Below the pieces are notes generated by a model. The model made no database searches, was not told the origin of the DNA, and worked only from the letters and a program-made list of their open reading frames with translations. Positions 28,042 to 40,644 of a stretch of DNA of 64,000 nucleotides are shown here, piece by piece. Source of the DNA: Callorhinchus milii. Taxonomy: Eukaryota. How positions within the stretch are numbered: the stretch's first letter is position 1; the number at the start of each line of letters is the position of its first letter. Location of the stretch: positions 54,128,001 to 54,192,000 of the forward strand of contig NW_024704742.1 of assembly GCF_018977255.1 (NCBI RefSeq), written 5' to 3'. The position numbers and the translations under genes are program-made.

Positions 28042-28516
28042 AGAGACACGCACACAAACATAGAAAGTGATACACACACTCACAGGCACAGAGAAAGACA
28101 CAAACACTCAGACACAGAGAGACACACATTCTCAGAGAGCAAGACACACACACTCATAGATACAGAGATATACACACAAATACAGACAGGAGAGACACAC
28201 ATACACATTCACACAGACACTCACAAACACAGAGGGACATACACAGACTCACAAACACACAGAGATACAGACTCACAAACACACAGAGAGACACACACCG
28301 ACACTCACATACACAGAAAGACACAAACACTCACAAACACAGACACACACACAGACGTTCACAAACACAGAGACACAGCCACTTACAAACACAGAGAGAG
28401 AGACACACAGACAGTCACAAACACAGAGACATAGACAGTAACACACACAGAGACACATGCACAGACACTCACAAACACAGACACACATCCAGACACTCAA
28501 AACACAGACACACATC
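28042..28516. repeat. Long imperfect (CA/GA) microsatellite
   Basis: ~470 bp of cacacagagacacaaacactca-type units; source of the Cys/Val-rich ORF artefacts. Confidence 0.92.
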
Positions 28517-29060
28517 CATGTGCTTTTACCACCCAACAACAGGGTTACCTCACTCACTATTTTATGATTCCTTTCAATTAGCTTCCAGTCCAACTGAACT
28601 AATGTGACTGCCCTGGATCTAAGCGTGTGTGGAACTGCGGCTTGCTGACTGATCACCACTCTATTATTTTCTATTGCTGCTGCTTCTCCGTCATCACAAA
28701 GGTGACAGCCGGTTCAGTTGGTAGTCGTCTAACCTTCTGAGTCAGAAGGTAACGGGTTGAAGCCGCATGTCAGAACTTTAAGCTCATAGTTTAGGCTGAC
28801 ATTCTAATGTCAGAGATACTGTCCTTCAGATGTGATGTTAAACCGAGGTTTGGTTCTGCTGAGTGTCCTCTGCCCTCTTCCACCTCACTATCAGTTGCCA
28901 AGTCTTCAGTAACTATGACCCCACCTTCTGGAAATCCCTACTTCTGCCCCTCCATCTCGACCCCCTCCCCAACTGTCTTTAAGTTCTGCCTAAAAATCCA
29001 TTTCTTCAACTACTTCTATGGTCATCTCCCCAACTCAGAATCCAACTCCATCTCTGTATT

Positions 29061-29240
29061 TAATAATAATCCTTGCATTTGTTTTAGTGCTTATCACGTC
29101 TTCAAGACATCTCAAAAGTGAATCACAGAATATACTGTAAAGTGAATTGATTTTATATTTTGTGTGCGAAATGCGGCAGCCAATTGTGCACAGCAGTGTC
29201 CCACAAACAGTCGTGGATTGAATGACGAAATTATTGTTAT
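29061..29240 (-). mobile_element. SINE 3' half, inserted in an L2 3' fragment (~28860-29295)
   Basis: (taa)n tccttgcattt...cccacaaacagtcgtgg; L2-like sequence (ccccaccttctggaaatccc; ggtgctatataaacacaagttgttg) lies on both sides. Confidence 0.75.
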
Positions 29241-29344
29241 AACGTTCCAAGATGTTATCCTAGGTGAAGGGTGCTATATAAACACAAGTTGTTGTCACAC
29301 ATTGTGAGTGAGAGTTGTGGAATGCATAGAGAAGTACTGTACTT

Positions 29345-31620
29345 GTGTTCAATGTGCCTATTTGTAGTGGCATTAGTGTTCACTTCGAAAGGTTCGGCTT
29401 GAGATTGGGGTACCAAGTAGTTGAAAGGCCTTTGGACCCAAAGACAAATAGTGCATGTGGTGTGGCCCTGATCATTGACCAGAACCTGCTGGCAGTGGTA
29501 ATGGGAGTGTGCGCTGCTAATCTCATCTGGGAGAAGATACTCTTTAGGGGATCTGTCCCCTGGCTTGTGAGATCAAGGTGTACATTCCCCAAAAGCTGCA
29601 CGGTGCTGAGCACCGGGGGATCCTTAAGGCCGTGGGCACCTCACTGGATAACTTTGCACAACCGTTCTCTGACTGTCCGTTGCTCCTTATGGGAGATTGG
29701 AACATGTCGAAACCGGAACTTCAAAGGTGGAGCTAGACTCTTTGACAGTGATGATCCCCAATTACATGGCATCAGGGTGGAATGCACAATGGAACAGCAA
29801 TCGATCACATGGTGAGTGGATCGGCACATCTTATTCTCTCCAATTGCATTGTTCGACTTCGCTGGGAAACCTCTGACCACTGGCCAGTCATCTTCAGTGT
29901 CAAAAGGGCAGCCCTTGGTGTTCTAGAGCGAAGTGCTGACCCTGTGATACGGGGTGATTTGTCAGGTTGGAGCTGTAGGCTGTGCCTTGTGCTAGGAGTT
30001 ATCGTACCAAGGTACTCCAGCACGAGATGGGTATTGCCAGACATGAAGCCTGGAACCAATTCTTTGTGCAGGCTGACAGAGTGGACTTGACAATTGATGA
30101 TATAGCCAAGGACTTTCTTGCTTCTGTAGCTGAGGTTGTAAAGAAACTGAAGCTGCAGACTGTAACACACCCATCTCGGAAGCTGGACCTGGTCATGGTA
30201 ACGATAAAGGGAAGGTGAGCCATTAGGTGAAAGCAGAAAGCTTTTAAAGCAGTTGTGGAAGTTTCCTCGAAGCTACAACTGCAGCAATTGCAACTTATGA
30301 CCATGAAGCTAGGAAAGTCACCAGAGAAATGAAGCGTATTCAATGGGCTGTGTCACTCCAAAAGGGAGTGCAGTTGGACAATGATGATCTTAAATCTTTC
30401 TTCCTCTGGCTAAAGTCTATTGTTGGCCATGGCCGGAGGGGCACCTCTGGGCCCATATTAGTATTGGCCAAGACTGGTGTTCTCCAAGTATCCTTGCGGT
30501 CTGGAGGAAACATTAAGCAGAGTTGGTATCTGTCCCGACAGGCAGTAGCAGAAACTCATCTACAAGGAGACTGGAAGAGCTGGCGGCAGACGTCGGCCAG
30601 ATTGAAGGGCTTTATGACCCAATCCGCTGGGAGGAGATGGACTCCGTATTGCGGTGTCTTGCCAATGAGAACTGTGAGGATCTTATATGTCCAAGCCAGG
30701 AATCTCCAACTCGCCTTGGAGCTGCCCTCCTAGCACTGGTCAGCAGGATTTTCTCTGAGGCACGCACCCATCAGTTTTCCAGAGTGCAATTGTGGTGTCT
30801 ATCCACAAGAAGGGTATCCCTCTTGAAACTGATAACTACAGAGGGATCTCACTGATTTCAGTGACTATTAAAGTGGTGCTTCGGGTAGTCACTGCATTTA
30901 TATCATTCATTGGAGGCTCGTGGTTTGATCAAGAAGGAGCAGGCTGGCTTCTGTTCTCATGAAGGACAGGTTCATTGGTAGAGAATGACCTAGTGCCTCA
31001 TGAGACCCTTATAATGAAACTGGGAGCCTTGGGAGTACATGGTCGAATCCTGGATTTTATCTGGAATATGTACTCCAGCTCCAAGATCCATGTAAGGGTT
31101 GACAGCAGACTGACTGAGCCCATCCCTCTGGAAAGGGAGTTAAGTCAAGGCTGGCTATTGTCACCCACCCTGTTCGATGTGTTCATTAACGATGTGTTGG
31201 ATGGCATTGAGGGGGAAGGACTTGGTGTATCTGGTCCAGGCCTCTCTGACACGATTTCAGCACTTATGTTAGAATGTGGTAATGTGTTGCTGCAGACTCA
31301 CGTGGGGATCTTCTGCACTGCATCCACCATCTTGAACAGTGGGACATGGTGGTAGGCTCCCCCAAGTATGGAATCATGGTTCTGCATGCCCCAAGGGAAG
31401 ACATTGAGGGAATTGATTGGAAGATATAAGGGGCATCAATCCCAATTATTGACTCTTATCAGTACCTCAGGGTTGTGGTGGACACCAACTTCAGCCTGGA
31501 CACTGTGCTGAAGGACTGCACTAAGAAGGGGCGCCAGGCACTCTGGTCATGCTCATCCCTCTTCCAAGAACAGCAAGGCCTCAGTGCAGGTTAAGCTTGT
31601 GCCATACAAGACCTGTGTGC
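29345..31620 (+). mobile_element. Degraded non-LTR retrotransposon ORF (AP endonuclease + reverse transcriptase), not L2/CR1; clade unassigned
   Basis: Across frameshifts: EN motifs GVAL, KVYIP, LLLMGDWN (~29680-29703), IDH (~29800), SDHWPV (~29872); RT motifs HKKG..DNYRGISLIS, EQAGF, DLVPH..KL..GVHGR, SQGWLLSPTLFDVFIND, IPIIDSYQYL. The catalytic F/YADD motif is destroyed. Confidence 0.88.
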
Positions 31621-31621
31621 A

Positions 31622-32117
31622 AATATCTATATGCTCTCTTTGGGTGTTATCATCCACAGACACGGGATAAACGTCCACATGTATGCGGATGACACACAAA
31701 TCTACTTTGCCTCCTCCAGTACCAACTCCAGGTCTGCAAATATTCTATCAACTTGTCTGGCAAACATCAGAGTCTGGATTAGTGCAACTTCCTGTAGCTG
31801 AATGTGGACAAGACGGAAGCCATACTCCTCGGCTCCCATCAACATCTTCAATCCTATGAATCTGAATTCCAACCTCCCTGGTCTCTCCCTCAGATTCACC
31901 GAACCGGTTGCGCAATCTAGGCATCCGATTCGACCCCCAGCTGTCCTTCCTCCCCACATCCGGTCCTTGACCAGAACTGTCTTCTTCCATCTCCACCACA
32001 TTGTCTGCCTCCGACCGTACCTTACCCCAAATGCAGCCAAAACCCTTGTGTATGCATTTGTCTCCTCCCAAATGGATTGCTCAAAACGCATTCCTCGCTG
32101 GTCTCCCCAGTGCCACT
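31622..32117 (+). mobile_element. L2 RT fragment
   Basis: IYMLSLGVIIHRHGINVHMYADDTQIYF, LNVDKTEAILLG, RTVFFHLHHIVCLRPYLTPNAAKTLVYAFVSSQMD. Confidence 0.88.
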
Positions 32118-35100
32118 AAATTCATTCCTGCTGCTTAAATAGTGACTGCTACAGGCCTCAAATCATAAACATCCAGCAAAGTTTTCATTTTTCTGAGTGT
32201 ATCTGAGAGACTTTAGTGTAGGAGGAGCAGTAAGTGGCTGAGAGAATTCTCTGAAGATTGACATTTCAAACCTTAATGGTCTCAACGCATGCACGCATGC
32301 ATAATAAATTATCGTTTTGGATTATTTGATTTGTAGTTCATGTTTGCTTAAATTTGAGTTTTGTTTGCTGTTTTTGAATGTGTTGGTTTTAAAATGGATT
32401 TGTCAGCTGTTATGCTTCACTGAGGAAGTACTCTATGCAGCCAAATGTATGCAGAGACAGAACAGAATTGGTTACCACACATGAGGCATTCAAAACTCAT
32501 CTTTCTCAAGGGACCAATACTCGTACATATTGTATTCTTATTTGTTTAAACATGTGCAAGTAGCTATTAGTTTCTAATTCACATAGCCGTGCGCTATTTA
32601 TCCTATCCTTTAAAATGTTTTCTATGCACTCATTGTCGCCCATGCGATGATCAAAATGCTTCAGAATTAGGTCATTGCAAAATGATTCACACAGTGTAGC
32701 ATCATGATCCACTCCCGGCTATGCTGTCCTACTAGACAATTAAAAAAAATCCCTGCAGTTCATATAATATCTTTTATGTTGGGAAAATGTCTCAAAGCGC
32801 TTCACAGAATTTTTACTGCAAAATATACTGACAATGTGTTTTATAAATGAAAACAGAAGCCAATTTGCTTCCCACAAAGCAGTGTCCCACAAAGAGTCAT
32901 GACGTGAATGACCAATTTTATCTAGTGGAAGGTTGGCCAGGACACCAGGACAAACTCTCTTTTCCAAAAGTGCCACTGAACATACAGACAGAATCACAGT
33001 TTAACATTTCATTGGCAGGACCGATGAGGGATTGGTATATAGCCCTTATAACACTAAAGTGACATACTGTAACTTTAAATATCAAGGATTGAAAAATACA
33101 ATAATAAGTATTGTGTCAAATCTTTTATGAAATGTTGCATATCTCCAAACGTTCCTGGATGTACTATGAAATTTGATAACTGTTTTCTTTCCTCCCTTCC
33201 CCCAACCATGACACAGTGGTTTGGTTGTAAGGTTGATTTCAAAATATTTGTCATTGTCATTTAGACTACTGCTCAGCAGCCCTGATTTCCTTTTTCAATC
33301 CTAGAGCCAGCACTTGAATGCTGCTTGTCAGGACACCACTGGATAGAAGTTCTACCTGGGTCTAGATTTACTCTTTATGTAGCTTTTTAGAACATCTGGA
33401 ATTTGGAAAATTCTTAGCCCCGGCTTTAATTTTCAGGCCAGTTTTCTGTGAGTTTTTTCTAAGAACTATAGAACACTTTGTCTTAAAAAATAAGACTGAC
33501 TTCCAACAGTTACCTCCAAATGCTGAGTTTCATGGTCAATGGAACAGCAAAGTAATGGAGCAGCCATAAAGAAGAGAATTCTATTAAGGGACCAATCACT
33601 GTATTGGATCTGGGTAAGGACGATCCTCCTTTCTCTCACCTCCCTTACTACACATAGTAGTTGGCCCAAACAACTGTCTGCATCATTGCTGCTCACGATC
33701 ATAGAAATAATTTTGAATGCAGATGTAAATAGCACTTAGCACTTCTTGTGGGTGTTCAGTTCCACTGCCAATCTTTTTGAATGGAAAAATGTGATGTTCC
33801 AGAACAGTTTTGATGTAATAACATGGAATCTGTTAAGAAACGTCTTATTTTTCATTACAATATTGCAATTTACCAGCTGTGAAACACAATAAAAAAAACA
33901 AATTTTCGGTACTCCTGATGTCTACTGCACTCAAACGCTGTTGCTTTGTTGTGCTTGATCATATTGCTGGTGGGTGAAAATGTTTGAATTTGGCACATGG
34001 GATCGAGAGTGTAGCATCTGCAAAAAATAAATGTCATGGATCTAAAGAACACCAGAATACATACCAAAGCAAAGGTTATTTATCAATTAGCCAATCAGTA
34101 GATAGTTCTCCATTTTAAAGCTCTCAGAAGAATAAAGTAAACTTCACATAAGTTGTATTAGTTGGGACCATACATTTAATACGACTTATGCAAAGTATGA
34201 GTTATGTCAAACTTGCATAAGTCATATCATATATGACTAATGTAAAGTTATGTATAAGTCAGATTTTATATGACTTACACATGACAAATACACTAGTACT
34301 GAATTGACTGGTGACATTACGGCAAGGTTTCAAAATGGAAATTTTCCAGATTTCCAATCATTTTCCGGATCAACCATTTTCATCTACTTATTATCTGTAA
34401 ATGTTTCATTTTAGTGTTCATGTTACTGTTCCTGATTTTATTGTATTTTTCTTACAGTGTGAGATGTTACAAATTATTGAAGAGTTGAAGGGGAATGTTA
34501 AGTGCACACCTAATTGTCTCAGTTATAAAGAGAGATACGTGTAGCCTTATAATTTTCACAGCTGTCAGTTGGTGGAAATCTGAAAGAGGGCAAGTGAGTG
34601 CAGCACTGCTCTTGGAGCCATGAGGCTGTGCTCCAGTCATGACATGAATAGGAGGAGATCCCATTCTTAATACACGGAGAAGGGTCCCCCTCACTTTCCA
34701 TGTGATCAGGTGATGCGGTTTCCTCTCTCAGCCCCCTACCCCCGCTGCTGTGCACGATGAGGTTGATGTTATGTCCCAAGGAGGGCGCGAAGAGAGTCGA
34801 GGTGCAGTGTTCCTTTTGAGGTAGGCCCAGGAAACAAGGTTTTAGCTGGTAAGTTCGGTAGCAGCAAGGGCGGTGCAAGTTGCGTGATTGTTAATGCAAT
34901 TAGTGCAGATAAATTTAAGTGTATTTGAGCAGATATAGGACTTAGGCAATTAGACGATTCATACAGATCAGACTTATGCGAGTATTACTGGTTCAATAAA
35001 CTTGTCTCTTTTGTGCCCGATGATGATAAGGTCATCGCACATTACTTGGATGTTCTTACTGAATCATTGTTAGCATTTCTGAAAATAATTCAAGTGACTG

Positions 35101-38100
35101 GAAGGAAATGTAAATGTCAGTGGGATCAAAGGGACACAATAAAGTGATTGACTCTACCAAGCAAGGCACCAGTAATGAAGGAATGCACCTTGAAGTTTAT
35201 GACTTACTGATAACTTGGTGGCACTGACTTAAGTTCTGAAACTCTTCAGAAGGCAAGATCACCTTCTTAGATACTGACCAAAACCTATGAAAGATTTATC
35301 TCAAAACAAAATATTTAATTTCTTAAACAGTTCATAAAAGAGATTGTTAAATATTAATCTATATCAACGAGTATTGGCCTAATTTCTCAACTAATTTCCT
35401 GCCTAGATCCTTTAGAAGAGCTCTTCTGTGCTGTCTTTTCTTTAATAATTTTAATTATTTTGACATTTCAGACTATAATAAGATTACAGGAGAGGCAAGA
35501 GTGAAGACCTTTCATTTAATCTTATCTTTCCAGATTACTTACCTTACACCTTTTAATTTTTTTTGGTCAGCTGGATATCGCGCACGTAGAAACCCATCAC
35601 CATGTTTAGGAATAGCCAAATCAGGCTGAGAGTTCCACATATGGATGCCATCTACACATAGACATTTTCCTGGGTCTGCAATAGAATGTGCACTCTCCCC
35701 CTAGAGGGGAAATGTACAGTTTACTTAATTCTGAAGAGTATTAGGTGCAGGTTGGTGAGAGCCAGGGCTAGGGGACCCCAGAATGTGCTTTGGAGTACTT
35801 CTGGAGTTCAGCTCGCTAAAACTCCATATCTTCCATTTAAAGCATTGTTTACCAAGCTTCCCACTGTTAGTCCTGCGAGGATCACCCTACCTATTAGAAC
35901 TTTTACTTGCAGCATTAACTGCAGCCAGGTGGCCAGTCTCCTCTCCAAGTCCCTCTGCCGAGCCAGGCTGGTTGATTTTCAATCAGCAATGCCCTGGAGT
36001 ATTGCAGGCCTCCTGGCTCAGGAACCAGATGACAGAGACTGCCAGAGAGAGTTGACTCAATTCTGGTAGACAACATGTCATTGATTATGTAAAAGAGAGC
36101 TAAATAAACTGCTCTTATATCTGTCAATTGTACTCTACAACTAAGCTTAAGAGCAGATGTGTAAAGAACGATGTGCTATACCTCCTAATGGAGATTGTTT
36201 GCCCTTTTGACTTCCCATCCAGGACATCACCACATTGAGAATCCAAATTGCAAACTCACAGCTTGCTGCCCTGCGGTCTATGTTCTACACCCAATGTATT
36301 TAAATTCTAATCTAAAAGGTTTAATCCATACTTTTTGAAAAATATTATCTTAAAGAAGGAAATGCACATTTAAAATGTTTTATTTCTCCAAATCAAATAT
36401 TTTTTTATATAAAAGCGTTCTTCTGGGTCATTCACTGCAGTCACTGTTTCAAAATGTGATACTGCATATGCAAATTAAAGGAACTCACTACAGTGTTCAT
36501 TGAAATGTATTAAGTGAATAAATGACAGATGACTGAATGATCATTCTTCTGAGGTAAATGTGGTTGTATTAATGTGTCTTTCCACTTCATGTGAATGAAG
36601 TCTACTATCCAAGTTATGTAAACAATATGTATTATATACCTTACTGCACTGGCAAATATAGGTGCTCTTAATTATGTAATTAGAATATAATGTTCTCATT
36701 GTTAGTTGTTTCTTTAAGGGCACCCTGTAATTCTCCCTGTACACATGTGATTGAATATGGATTACATATGGCCCATAAGAAAACTTATGTTTGGACATGG
36801 TTTGCACAAATAGCATAATGTGGATACCATGGTTAGCTTTACTGAATACATCAATGCAATTAAAATTTACATATATATATATATATATATCATCCCTTTC
36901 GCGTCAGGAGGACATCCAAAGGCAATGCAGTTAAGAGCAAATTTGTGGAGATACAAGGGTGAAGAGAAGAGAGGGGAATTGGAGAGAGTATGAAGATGCG
37001 TGGAGGCATAGACTTTTGAGTTGAATGGTCTGTTTCCATGCTGTAACATTCACTATGTATTCTATATGCCTTTTACCAAAATTCAATGTATAGATGGACG
37101 ATTTGTGCAAAAGAGGTCACTCATTTGAACATTACATGGTACAGATCATGCTTATTTTAATACCTTGATGACCTCACTCGAAGTATACACCTTTTGTGCT
37201 TGTGACATTGCTAGCTTTATGTATTGTTGGGTTAGAAAATCAGTTGACTCTATAGAGCAAATTAGAGTTACAATAAGTTTTAGAATTTGTAAATTTTTCA
37301 GTTTTGAAATCTGGAATATCTTCATTGTTAAATTGAATCGCAGTGCGATTCAATTTAACAATGACATTCAATTTAACAATAACATTTGTCTGTATTCTTA
37401 TCAATCTCATGCAAATTCAATGTTAGTGCTCGACTACAGATGTGTGATCAAATGATGTATTGTTTCTTAAAGGAAGAACTAGCAACTACAGAGTCTTCAT
37501 AGTCTAGGAGTGTAGCATTTTATCTGCCTTTTATATGCTGTCTAGCTTTCTATATTTAGATTTTGTTTTGTTCCAGCAATGGTACTTTCCCAGCAATCAC
37601 TGACTTTTCCCTGCATGTTTCTGTCTCTTTGTTCTGATCCTGCATGGTGAGTTCCTTTCTCCTGGATGTCTCTGGTCCACAGTGTTTCTTTCCGAGCTGC
37701 ATCCCTACCTTGTGCACCTGCAGTAATAACGTAACTATTCATTCACATGCTGTGTATTTTGTTATAATTATTTCCATGACATTTCTCAGATTGTTTGCTT
37801 AATGACTTTCATAAAACCTCTCTAATTAGCCATTAAGATAAATTGAGCTATTCTGTTGATCAATAAACCAGTAAAATTGCTTCACATATGCCAAAATCAT
37901 ATAATCTAATTAATAGTTAATATATTAATGCTAAAGTTCGACCATTATTTAAAATTGCAGAAACTAATCAGGAAAATAAGCTGAAAGGAAGATTAGGTAA
38001 TATGGTATACAGATCTGTAGGACAGAAATAACAAACTAAAAGTAGACAAATAACACAGCCTGCTGACAATCTGCTATGAAACGATAAAATGTGAATTTGT

Positions 38101-39019
38101 GCCTGCAATTTCCTCATAGCAAGTTTCTGATCTTGGTTGTGCCAATAGAGGAAGATACCAAGCCTCAGCAGGGACTTGGCTGACAGTTGTCCCATCACTC
38201 CAGGATACTCTCACAAACCTCCAATTGGTCAAAAACACATTCACATTGGCAGAGGCTTGTGAGCAGTTTATGTGCCCGTACTTGGCAGGAGATAGAACAC
38301 GATATGGAAAGTTCTGAAAATAAAATCACAAAAGTAAGAACAAATGGGGATTGAAAATTTGCAAAATAATAGTTTTGTGGAAAAGGTTCAAGAGAAAGGA
38401 AAGAATCGTTTACTGAACTGCCAAAAATGTTAATTTCTCCTTGACCTTCAAACCTTTTTTTTTATCTTCACTAAGCAGCTGATTTGCCCCAAGTGCCTCA
38501 TTCCTTAAATCACATAATTTACATGTAAATTGCAAAATAAACAACATTGAATTACATACAGGTGTCAGCCTGGCTCAGGCGGTAGCACTCTTCCCTATGA
38601 ATTAGAGACTTCCAATCTGGACTAACCCTAACCCTGCTCAGGTGAATGTGAAAGATCCCATGGCACCATTCAATAAGAAAAGGAAGTTTCTTACTAGACA
38701 ACAATCCTCCACAAAAAAATTAATCATTCACTTAAAGGCTGTTTGTAGGACATTGTGTGTGAAAATTGACTCCGAATACCCAGTTACATTCTACAGAAAG
38801 CTTTGTGAATCACTTTCAAATGATTAATTGTTATAGTTGCTACATCAAATGCAAATCTATTTTTAACATGACTACTGTGTGTTACTGTTAGACGGATGTT
38901 TGGGTGGATGGGATGAGATTATTTCTTGGAACATCCACAGCAGTGAATGTAAAGACAACTATAAGTTGGGGTGAACAACCTGAGGCTTATAAAATTAGGA
39001 AGTATAAGTTTTATTGTAG

Positions 39020-39375
39020 AGTTTTTGTAGCTCAGTGGTTAGAGCACTCATCTCGCAAGCGAGTAGACCTTGATTCGATTCCCAGGAGGACGAAACGTTG
39101 GATAAGTTTCCTTACTCCACTCACCTCCGTTTACCTTGTAGTAGTAGGAACCCAGTTCATAGTCAATTGGCGGATTGCTTTTCCGGAGGTAATAATCCTT
39201 TAAGAAAAAAATACTTGCTACCTCAATCCACGACTGTTTGTGGGGCACTGCTGTGCGCAACTGGTTGCCGCGTTTTGCCCACAAAATATTCGGTCAATTC
39301 ATTTCACAGTATATTCTGTGAAGTGCTTTGAGACATCTCAAAGACGTGATAAGGTGCTATATCAAATGCAAGAAG
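39020..39375 (+). mobile_element. SINE, long subfamily
   Basis: tagctcagtgg head, extra segment ctccgtttaccttgtagtagtaggaacccagtt...gattgcttttccgg, standard core and tail. Confidence 0.85.
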
Positions 39376-40324
39376 TCTTATTGTTATCAGTTAAAAGGAG
39401 CTGAGTTGAGTATGGAAGTGTTTACCTAGAAGAGAAATAAAAGAAATCACCACGTCCAGTCTCACATTTTTTAGCTCCTGAATGGCATTGTCAGGCATAA
39501 GAACAGGTCTGCTGTGTCTGTTGACTAGGAAATGGGGTATGGGGATAAGGCAGACAGTGGGTTTGAAGCGCTAACCTTGCTCTGTGAGCCGGTGCAGACT
39601 TGATGGGCCGAATGACCACCTTCTGCACTATAGATTTCTATGTTTCAATGTTATTTCCACCACCAAGAGGGTTAAATACAGCAGTATTAGGAACCCAGTT
39701 GTTATGTGCCATGTCCGAGAAAGGCCTTTGCTAGAACAGGGCTCCTACGCTGATGGAGTATTAATTTGTGAATATAATGAAATGTGTCACTTTAAGATTC
39801 TGTTTGCTATATGATCATACACAACCTGATTCTCAATGAAAGAATTGCTTATGCGTTAAGACTCCATTTTCACACATGCAAAAGATTTGTATTCACCAAA
39901 TGTTTCCGTTCTCCATTTTCCCCCCTTTTTTTGCTGTTTTAAGAGGCTCTATACCCTTGTGAGATTTGGTTTGTTCAGTGACTTTCTTCAGATGAAACAT
40001 TTGTGCAGCAAATATTGGTTTTGTTCTTACTAGCTTCTAAATATTTGCTGTCAGAAGGATTTTTTAATTTAGCACCATTCAAAATGCTGGATGCAATATT
40101 GTGTAAGAATGGGACCAATACAGAGATGGGCTGAATGGCCTTTTCTAATTCTTCACAAATTATCTCAGCAGAATGCCTGACCTTCAAATTATTCACTCCA
40201 GCAGTTTCTTATCGGTGTATCTCTATGCATACAACAGTGTGGTCATATCTACATCTGACTAGAGCTTGAATCTTTACCCACAGAGCTATCAAAGAAGCTT
40301 ATTTCTGTTTTATTTCTGTTTTTT

Positions 40325-40644
40325 GTGGAGTCCTGTAGCTCAGTGGTTAGAGCACTCACTTTGCAAGTGAGAGATCCGAGTTCAATTCCAGGCAGGGCGA
40401 AACCTTGGGCAAGTTTCCTTACTCCACACGCCTAATAATAATCCCTCCAAAAAACAAAAACAATAATAAATTGGTCATTTTCAATCTACGACTGTTTGTG
40501 GGACATTGTTGTGCGCAATTGGCTGCCGCGTTCGCCCACAAATATACAGTCAATTCACTTTACAGTGTGTTCTGTGAAGCGCTTTAGGACGTCCTCCCGA
40601 CGTGAAAAGCGCTATATCAAATGCAAGGATTATTATTATTATTA
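40325..40644 (+). mobile_element. Young SINE, full length, with imperfect TSD
   Basis: Flanked by ttttatttctgtt (40308-40320) and ttttatgtttctgtt (40645-40659). Confidence 0.92.

Noticed and set aside
23154..28615. Possible single hAT element (caggttggtccaatc.. and ..gactgccctg ends, each near a microsatellite)
   Set aside because: The TIR match is poor and there is no convincing 8-bp TSD; at most two unrelated decayed ends.
27711..28659. Cys/Val-rich ORFs
   Set aside because: Translation of the (CA/GA) microsatellite.
34519..36127. GC-richer stretches with 90-127 aa ORFs
   Set aside because: No recognisable motifs or consistent exon structure; likely decayed TE or noncoding sequence.
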